From a virus (taxonomy: Duplodnaviria; Caudoviricetes): a stretch of DNA of 24,977 nucleotides. The translations under genes were made by a program, and so were the position numbers. Of this stretch, positions 17,640-23,591 are shown piece after piece; position 1 is the stretch's first letter; each line of letters begins with the position of its first letter. The stretch is from the IMG/VR virus record IMGVR_UViG_3300037791_000044, positions 1 through 24,977 of that record; one strand, given 5' to 3'. The notes beneath the pieces were generated by a model that did no database searches, was not told the origin of the DNA, and saw only the letters and a program-made list of their open reading frames with translations.

Positions 17640-17972
17640 CTACTTCTGCCCCGTGAACCAAACACCAATTACAAATAAAGACAAAAGCAAACCCAACGTA
17701 GTGCTGATAAACATGTAGTATATTAAAAATCTAACAAACACCAATCCATGAAATATTGAAACAATAAAAGAAATAATTAAACAAAAAATAAAAAATTTTG
17801 GCAAATATTTGTATTTTCTATGGCCGTCTTGAAGAAATTCAACAAACTCTTCACTTCCAAAAATTTTCCTGAAAATCAAAATTAATGCCAATATAAAAAT
17901 TTCAATCACGCCTATGGTCAACAAATTTCTGAAGAGCACTAAGTCCTCTGGAGTTATACCATCCGCATTCAT
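17640..17972 (-). CDS. Small 3-TM membrane protein, immunity candidate 1 (110 aa)
   Basis: GAGGT RBS. Three hydrophobic segments. Very AT-rich (8/60 G+C in 17761-17820). Confidence 0.7.
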   Translation of the reverse strand: MNADGITPEDLVLFRNLLTIGVIEIFILALILIFRKIFGSEEFVEFLQDGHRKYKYLPKFFIFCLIISFIVSIFHGLVFVRFLIYYMFISTTLGLLLSLFVIGVWFTGQK

Positions 17973-18025
17973 TTCAAACCTCGCGAAATTAACTCTTTCT
18001 CTGCCGCGCTTTTTACGTATTCATA

Positions 18026-19717
18026 TCATTTTTCAGTCAAAAAAATCGCGACTTCAAGAATGCTTGTCGGTGATGCGTCAACAACGGAGCCAATAACACT
18101 AATCGCATTTTTTACAACTGCGGCAGCCGTGAGCTTGAAGAATAGAGCCTTCAGCTCTGCTGTTGGTTTGTATTTCAGGTTGAACCGGTTGGCTGATTCA
18201 CTATTCAACCGAAAAACGTAAAGCAACGCACTTGCTGCAATTCGATCGGACAAATACAAACGTTCAATTCTGTGCTTAATGTTCAGATTTCCAGCAAGGC
18301 GGTAATCGTCTCCGACCAACAGTATCTGCTCCATCAAATTCAATATCTGCGGCCTTTCCTGATCTGAAACACAAAGAGCCTTGATCCGAAAAATTTCCAG
18401 AAGATAACCCTCGCGGGTGTAACCGCTGGGAACCGCGATCCCGTAGATGGACCCCGTACTCCCGTCCAAATCAGTGATCCGCCGTTCGACCTCCGCCTTA
18501 AGATCGGACACGAAGGTTTTCTCCACGGCCATGGACATGAATGAGATAGCGGCAATCGGCACTCCGATCCGGGTCGCAGCGTCTTTTGCCGCCTTGCTGA
18601 TTTTGACGAGTCCGAGAGATGCGAGAATACTGGGAATGATGTAGGAACCAGCCGTCACAACGATTCCTGCAATAAGGGCGTATTGCGCAAGAACTACATA
18701 CTCTTGGATAACCGCGATCAGCGTTTCGCTATCCTGATATTCCATCCAGTCCGCCAAAAACGGCCGCCCCATCGCATTGCGTCTATGCTCAAGCATCTCA
18801 GCGGCGCGGCTATCCGATCGGCTGACTTGATCGATGATTTGGCTCAACCGACCGGATAATGTCCCGTCTTGGCTCGGCAGTTTCGCGATGAGGCCTATTG
18901 CACCCGCGAGGATACGTTCTTCGACCTGGAACTGCCCTGGTGTAACCTTGCACCGCGCAAATTGTGCCTGTCCAACCCGGATCTCGGACTGTGTCGCCAA
19001 CGGCTGCCCGGTCACATAGGTGGCGCCACCGGTCCCATGGTGCCCCACCGCCTGTGTCCAGCTCGCATCTTGCAGTACGCGATCAAGCGCCTGCCAAAGC
19101 GCCCGAGGCACCATGCCCGACGATCCATCCAACGGAGCCATTCTGCCAACTCGGGGGTCGGCCACATGCAGCGATTGTACCTCAATACGCGCCGACACCC
19201 GTAAATCCCGGTCCAGGCCGACCCACTTGACGCCGGTCGCCAACCCAAGATCATGCTCGACCCGCAACAGCGCCTGCATGAAGCGCTGTCTGAGGGTTTG
19301 ATCCGAGATCGCTTTCTGCCGGTCGAACTCTGACAGGATCGACTGGGTCGTTCGGCGCAAGTCCTTTGTCCAATAAGCCTGCGGAGGCTGGGCGTTTGGC
19401 AGCAGGCGAAGCTCATTGGCCCAGGGGGCCGCCTTGTCGAGCAGCGCGCGCCAGGTGTTCGAGTTCGGTCGGATTGTGCCGTCGGTCTCGGCCTGACCGA
19501 AACGGTCCATCTGGCCGGAGGCGGATGCGGTGAGCCCGGCATAGCGCTGAAAAGCGGCGATCGCCTGCACCAGCGCCTCCGAGCCCATACCGGTCAGACC
19601 GCCATCCCAGAACCCATGACCCGGTCGCTCTCCGATATTGGCCAGCAGCACCTGCACCTTCAGCACGTCCTCTCTCGACACATTGCGGCCCTCGTCACCG
19701 CACAGTTGCATCTGCAT
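18026..19717 (-). CDS. Peptidoglycan-binding-domain protein with hydrophobic C-terminal region, candidate toxin/effector (563 aa)
   Basis: GAGGAG RBS. N-terminal 'N..EDV.KVQ.LL..DG..G....AI.AFQ...GL..DG.I.P...T..AL' matches the PG_binding_1 pattern. Two hydrophobic helices at about aa 335-400. Confidence 0.7.
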   Translation of the reverse strand: MQMQLCGDEGRNVSREDVLKVQVLLANIGERPGHGFWDGGLTGMGSEALVQAIAAFQRYAGLTASASGQMDRFGQAETDGTIRPNSNTWRALLDKAAPWANELRLLPNAQPPQAYWTKDLRRTTQSILSEFDRQKAISDQTLRQRFMQALLRVEHDLGLATGVKWVGLDRDLRVSARIEVQSLHVADPRVGRMAPLDGSSGMVPRALWQALDRVLQDASWTQAVGHHGTGGATYVTGQPLATQSEIRVGQAQFARCKVTPGQFQVEERILAGAIGLIAKLPSQDGTLSGRLSQIIDQVSRSDSRAAEMLEHRRNAMGRPFLADWMEYQDSETLIAVIQEYVVLAQYALIAGIVVTAGSYIIPSILASLGLVKISKAAKDAATRIGVPIAAISFMSMAVEKTFVSDLKAEVERRITDLDGSTGSIYGIAVPSGYTREGYLLEIFRIKALCVSDQERPQILNLMEQILLVGDDYRLAGNLNIKHRIERLYLSDRIAASALLYVFRLNSESANRFNLKYKPTAELKALFFKLTAAAVVKNAISVIGSVVDASPTSILEVAIFLTEK

Positions 19718-19771
19718 GATGGAACTCTCCTCATGCCAAGGGAAGATGGTGGGCCGGTTTCCGACACGCGG

Positions 19772-21109
19772 CTAAAACAGAAATTCACGGCTGTCCGCTG
19801 GCCTGCCGCCGAAGGCCAGCTCGGTCAGAGCCCACACCAAGGCGTCCAGCCGATCGGGAGAGCCTTCGGACGGATCGCCCGTGAAGCCCACCATCTGGTC
19901 CTCCAACGCCTGTAAAGGTTTGGCGTGACGCACCCGTCCCTGCTCGTACAGCGCCGCGATCGGCTCGGCCCGCAGGCGTTTGCCTTTGGTCGCCCGTACA
20001 CTGCGCACCGGAACGTTGGGGTCTACCGTCCCCAGGGTCGCACGCACCATATCGCCCCCCTGATTGACCTCGCAGACCAACGCATCCGCCGCATGGCTGC
20101 GCCATAGAGTAATCGCCCGGCGCGCCCAATCGTCTGGCGAATACCGGCCGGAACCGTCTTCCAGCACCCAAAACTCGCCGTCACGTCCCAGACTGGTGAC
20201 ACCCGCCACCACGATGCCGGTCTCGTCCGAGCCGTCGTGGGCGGTGACAGCCGGGTCGACGGCAACCACCGTGCGCACCAACGGCGGCGGCCCACCGGAT
20301 GTGGCCCTGGCCCTCTCAAGACCGCTTCTGTTCCAAAGCGCGCCGGGCAGGTCCACGAGGTATTCGCCGTCGATTTCCTGTCGACCCAATCGTGTCCCGC
20401 CGTAGCGGGCCAGGATTTGGTCCAGGAATCCTGGGGCCAGATTGTCGGTATTCTCGTGGGTTGCCCCGCGGGTCACCCGGGTTGCCGGGTCCGCGATCAG
20501 CCGCGAAAGCCAGGCCCGTGGTTTCGGCGTGGTTGTCGCCACGCAGCGCGGGTCGCTGCCCAACCGCAGACCCAGCATCAGGTTGTCCCAAGCGGCCTCG
20601 TGACGCCATTTGGCGATCTCATCGGCCCAGGCAGCATCGAATTGCGGGCCGCGCAGCTGATCCGGATCGTCCGCCGAGAACGAGGTCGCGATCGCGCCGT
20701 TCGGCCAAGTCAACCGGCGCTTGGACGGCTCGTATTTCGGGCGAAACCACGGCGGGCACGTGGCCAGGATGCCACTCTCCCCCTCAATCATTACGTCACG
20801 CGCATCGGCTGCCGTCTCCCCCACCAGCGCGATGCGCCGCGCCTGGCCCCGTTCGGCCAAGGTTCGCACCCATTCCGCACCGGTTCGGGTTTTCCCGAAC
20901 CCCCGTCCGGCCAGGATCAACCAGACCCGCCACGCGTCTAACGGCGGCAATTGCTTGTCCCGGGCCCAGATCGTCCAATCGAACAACAGGACCGCTACCT
21001 CGGAATCGGTGAGCTTGGAGACGAAATCCCTACGCGCCTTCGGCGTCAGACTCCGTATCCAGGCCCGCAAGGCGGGTTTCAAGTGTTTCGCGGGCGTTGG
21101 AGACTTCAT
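19772..21109 (-). CDS. terL: Terminase large subunit (445 aa)
   Basis: Walker A 'AGRGFGKT', Walker B 'LRGPQFDAAWADE', motif III 'TTTP', nuclease motifs 'VAVDP..DETG', 'EVNQGG' and 'SPDRLDALVWA'. Confidence 0.96.
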   Translation of the reverse strand: MKSPTPAKHLKPALRAWIRSLTPKARRDFVSKLTDSEVAVLLFDWTIWARDKQLPPLDAWRVWLILAGRGFGKTRTGAEWVRTLAERGQARRIALVGETAADARDVMIEGESGILATCPPWFRPKYEPSKRRLTWPNGAIATSFSADDPDQLRGPQFDAAWADEIAKWRHEAAWDNLMLGLRLGSDPRCVATTTPKPRAWLSRLIADPATRVTRGATHENTDNLAPGFLDQILARYGGTRLGRQEIDGEYLVDLPGALWNRSGLERARATSGGPPPLVRTVVAVDPAVTAHDGSDETGIVVAGVTSLGRDGEFWVLEDGSGRYSPDDWARRAITLWRSHAADALVCEVNQGGDMVRATLGTVDPNVPVRSVRATKGKRLRAEPIAALYEQGRVRHAKPLQALEDQMVGFTGDPSEGSPDRLDALVWALTELAFGGRPADSREFLF

Positions 21110-21491
21110 CGGCTAGGGCCTCGTCCAAATCCGGGGTGTCGGCCGCTGCGGCCGCGCGCTCTCGATACCGCTCGGGGCGGTGCGCTTTGAGCAGAAACAT
21201 CAGCAGGGAGTCCGAGTATTTTTTGACGGTGCCGGCGATGTTTCCTTGGTGAAAGTGCGGGCTATCAACTCCGTCCACCGCCCGACGCCGTGCCTCCGCC
21301 TCAAGGGAGTCCACCGCATTCTCCAACGCGTCGGTCCATTCCGAAGCGAAGTCGATATCGGTCGACCGCATCGCGTAGGCGTGGCTGCGGGAAACCCCCG
21401 CCTTCCGGGCCGCTGCCGAAATGTTGCCGGATCTGCCAAGCTCCTTCAGGAACTTCGTGCGGCGTTGTGATGTCCAACGAATGGCGGGCAT
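21030..21491 (-). CDS. terS: Terminase small subunit (153 aa)
   Basis: Start re-called to ATG 21491 (GGAGG RBS). HTH 'FL..L...GNISAAARKAGVSRS.AY..R..D..FA..W..A', then 'LE.EARRRA..G' and 'YSDSLLMFLLKAHRPERY'. Overlaps the terL start. Confidence 0.85.
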   Translation of the reverse strand: MPAIRWTSQRRTKFLKELGRSGNISAAARKAGVSRSHAYAMRSTDIDFASEWTDALENAVDSLEAEARRRAVDGVDSPHFHQGNIAGTVKKYSDSLLMFLLKAHRPERYRERAAAAADTPDLDEALADEVSNARETLETRLAGLDTESDAEGA

Positions 21492-21578
21492 GAAACCTCC
21501 GCAAAAAGACACGCGCCCGCAGCGCCACGCTCACATCGGAGCGGCCGAAGGGGCTCGCAGAAAAACAGGAAACCGCAT

Positions 21579-21620
21579 ATGCAACGCGGCCGGGATCGAC
21601 ATCCCGGCCGCGTGCTGCAT
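21579..21620 (-). terminator. Strong hairpin in the late leader (candidate terminator/attenuator)
   Basis: ACGCGGCCGGGAT-CGAC-ATCCCGGCCGCGT, a perfect 13-bp stem with an outer ATGCA/TGCAT pair. A T-rich run follows on the minus strand but is not directly adjacent. Confidence 0.5.
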
Positions 21621-21730
21621 GGCTTGTGAAATTGGCACCGTTTTCGGTGCCGGGACCGCAGCCGACTTTCCCTCACCCGAAACAGGTTCTAGGCGAGAGG
21701 TCATCGGCCGCAGGTAACTGCCCCGATCGG

Positions 21731-21764
21731 CGTCGCAATCGGATTAGATCAATCCGATTCGACG
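21731..21764. promoter_or_regulatory. Inverted repeat AATCGGATT-N5-AATCCGATT (candidate operator or leader hairpin)
   Basis: Perfect 9-bp arms at 21737-21745 and 21751-21759, extended by CGTCG/CGACG. The left arm plus AG recurs exactly at 22781-22791, before the repressor. Confidence 0.6.
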
Positions 21765-21828
21765 AAACATGGGAGCCGGTTTATCGGATGAAAGGGTGTT
21801 GAACGCGCCTTCTCCGACCGTGCCACAA

Positions 21829-21857
21829 GTTTTATCCGATCTTATAAACGTTGTAAA
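21829..21857 (-). promoter_or_regulatory. Candidate sigma70 late promoter for the virion operon
   Basis: Minus strand TTTACA-N17-TAAAAC in an AT-rich patch just past the stop of the DUF6362-like gene. Confidence 0.5.
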
Positions 21858-21868
21858 GCGTTTTTTTC

Positions 21869-22405
21869 CTACAATTTTTCATCCGACCTCAGAACGTTGA
21901 AATCATGAGTAATTCTGCGCTCAAGATTTGTTCGATCGAACGGCCCTCTGGTGTCTCGAAGATGCCGACGAACCTTCTGCAGCCCCCGATTGGCAACCTG
22001 CCGCAGGGTCATATGGCTACGTCCGTCCAGAGCCTCCAGCTTTCGCCAGGGGATCTTGCAGGCGCGGGCCCAGAGGATTCGCCGTTCACCCTCCTCGCAT
22101 GCCAGCAGCCAGGACAGCACCTCATCCATGCGGTCGATCGCACGCGGTTGCGGGGCTGGTGGTCGGGTCCGGGTGCGCTCGGACGTCGCCAACAGGGAGA
22201 CAGAATTCTGGACGACCTCCGGCCACGAGGTCAGATGCGCCTTCAAACTGGCGCGAGGCATGGCCCTTAGGGTGGCGGCAGCATCCTCCAGGTAGGCCTG
22301 GAGCGCCGCGTCATCCATGGGAAATTCGGGTGCCGATCTGGTGGACATACCACTGTCTTGCGGACGGGATACCGCCGGCTTCAGGCGCTGGGGCGCGCGC
22401 GTCAT
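21869..22405 (-). CDS. DUF6362-like putative late-gene regulator (178 aa)
   Basis: Start re-called to ATG 22405 (GGAGG RBS, ATGA-coupled to the upstream gene). 'LEDAA.TLR.MP..WPEV..P.P.AIDRMDEVL.WL....ERRILWARA..IPW' motif, ending in a sigma-region-4-like HTH. Confidence 0.72.
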   Translation of the reverse strand: MTRAPQRLKPAVSRPQDSGMSTRSAPEFPMDDAALQAYLEDAAATLRAMPRASLKAHLTSWPEVVQNSVSLLATSERTRTRPPAPQPRAIDRMDEVLSWLLACEEGERRILWARACKIPWRKLEALDGRSHMTLRQVANRGLQKVRRHLRDTRGPFDRTNLERRITHDFNVLRSDEKL

Positions 22406-22683
22406 CGGCCGCCCTCCCGTGCAACGGACTCGCCGGGGTATGGGATCGGTTTCAGGTCGCGCAGGGCGCGTATTCGGTTGGCTTCCCGGATGACCGTGCG
22501 CAGCGGAACCGGCCTGCCATCGCACGAAAAATGCCCGCGTCCATCGGTGACAGCCCTCCCGTTGAGGGTCTTCAATGCGCACTCGACCGGAGGACTGAAG
22601 GACTGACTACGGCCGGACGCGACACTGGACAAATTTCTCTTGGTGATGGAAGCGGGGGGGATAACGGCGTAACTGATAGGCAT
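22402..22683 (-). CDS. Small basic hypothetical protein divergent from the repressor (93 aa)
   Basis: GAGG RBS, a promoter with perfect TATAAT upstream, and a stop coupled to the next ATG. C-terminal 'F..DGRP.....VIREANRIR.......IPYPG'. Confidence 0.65.
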   Translation of the reverse strand: MPISYAVIPPASITKRNLSSVASGRSQSFSPPVECALKTLNGRAVTDGRGHFSCDGRPVPLRTVIREANRIRALRDLKPIPYPGESVAREGGR

Positions 22684-22705
22684 GAACTTACAACCTCTCG
22701 GGTTA

Positions 22706-22741
22706 AATAGGAATTATAGTACAATTAATTTCTTATTGAAA
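22706..22741 (-). promoter_or_regulatory. Candidate promoter/operator of the leftward regulatory operon
   Basis: Minus strand TTTCAA-N17-TATAAT (22741-22713), overlapped by the imperfect inverted repeat AATAGGAATT..AATTTCTTATT (22706-22737). Confidence 0.6.
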
Positions 22742-22800
22742 ACCGATCAATCATTTTTTTACGTATTCCCTTCGAACCCCAATCGGATTAGTCTGAGATC

Positions 22801-23571
22801 ATGAAATTAGATCCCGTACGTCGAAAATTGTTGGAGCTGGTCGCCCATCGCGATCCGCCGACGGACCTGAAAAAGGCGTCGCTGTTCTGCGGCAAGAACC
22901 ATGCGTATCTGCATCAGTTCGTGCATCGCGGAACGCCCCGAAAGCTGCCGGAAGACGTGCGACACGCGCTGGCACTTCATTTGGGGGCCGATGAACAGCT
23001 GCTCCGCCACGAAACCCTGCCCCCGTCCGGGACCGCTGGACGGCAAAGTCTGGACGTCACCGCCCGGCGGCCCAGCGCCTACGCCTACGGCATGCCGGGT
23101 TTGGCGGACAGAGATCAGACAGCGGTACGCCCCATCGACCCCGAGACCGAACCCGGCGTCGTCGCGATCCCCGAGGTGCGTGTGGTAGCCGCCGCCGGTG
23201 GCGGGTCGGTCGCCGAGTACGAACCACTGGGTGACAACTGGTTCTTCCCGGTCGCTTGGCTGCGGCACGAGTTGCGGGCGAAAGCCGCGGATCTGAAGAT
23301 CATCTCGATCGACGGCGATTCGATGGAGCCGGTGCTCGAAAGCGGCGACAAGGTTCTGATCGACACCTCCCGCGTGGCGCCGACCCCGCCGGGAATTTTC
23401 GTCCTCCACGACGGATTGGGTCTGGTTGCCAAGCAGGTTGAGTTCATTCCGAACACCGACCCCGCCGGTCTCGTCATCAAGTCCGCCAATCCGCGCTATC
23501 AGGATTACGAACGGACGGTGGATGAGGTGAACATTGTCGGCCGGGTGATCTGGTTCGCCCGCCGGGTCTAG
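22801..23571 (+). CDS. CI/LexA-like repressor with S24 peptidase domain (256 aa)
   Basis: N-terminal HTH 'LKKASLFCGKNHAYLHQFV.RGTPRKL', Ala-Gly cleavage site 'AAAGGG', catalytic Ser 'GDSMEP', catalytic Lys 'LVAKQV', 'IKSANPRY' and 'IVGRVIW'. Confidence 0.92.
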   Translation: MKLDPVRRKLLELVAHRDPPTDLKKASLFCGKNHAYLHQFVHRGTPRKLPEDVRHALALHLGADEQLLRHETLPPSGTAGRQSLDVTARRPSAYAYGMPGLADRDQTAVRPIDPETEPGVVAIPEVRVVAAAGGGSVAEYEPLGDNWFFPVAWLRHELRAKAADLKIISIDGDSMEPVLESGDKVLIDTSRVAPTPPGIFVLHDGLGLVAKQVEFIPNTDPAGLVIKSANPRYQDYERTVDEVNIVGRVIWFARRV

Positions 23572-23591
23572 CACTTTTTTCAGGAGATACC

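Larger units (their letters stand above)
1..23571 (-). mobile_element. Phage-derived virion gene cluster with repressor switch (GTA-like element or reduced prophage); left end lies outside the window
   Basis: Co-oriented terminase, portal, scaffold, capsid, connector and tail genes, several translationally coupled. Divergent S24 repressor at the right end. No integrase or replication ORF between repressor and terminase or to the right. Confidence 0.85.

Noticed and set aside
20237-21116. Plus-strand ORFs of 131-237 aa
   Set aside because: Antisense to terL.
21928-22710. 260-aa plus-strand ORF
   Set aside because: Antisense to two coupled genes that have RBSs and a promoter; low-complexity translation.
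22745-22757. Possible IHF site GATCAATCATTTT
   Set aside because: Two mismatches to WATCAANNNNTTR in AT-rich DNA; not distinguishable from chance.
22807-23574. 255-aa minus-strand ORF
   Set aside because: Antisense shadow of the S24 repressor.
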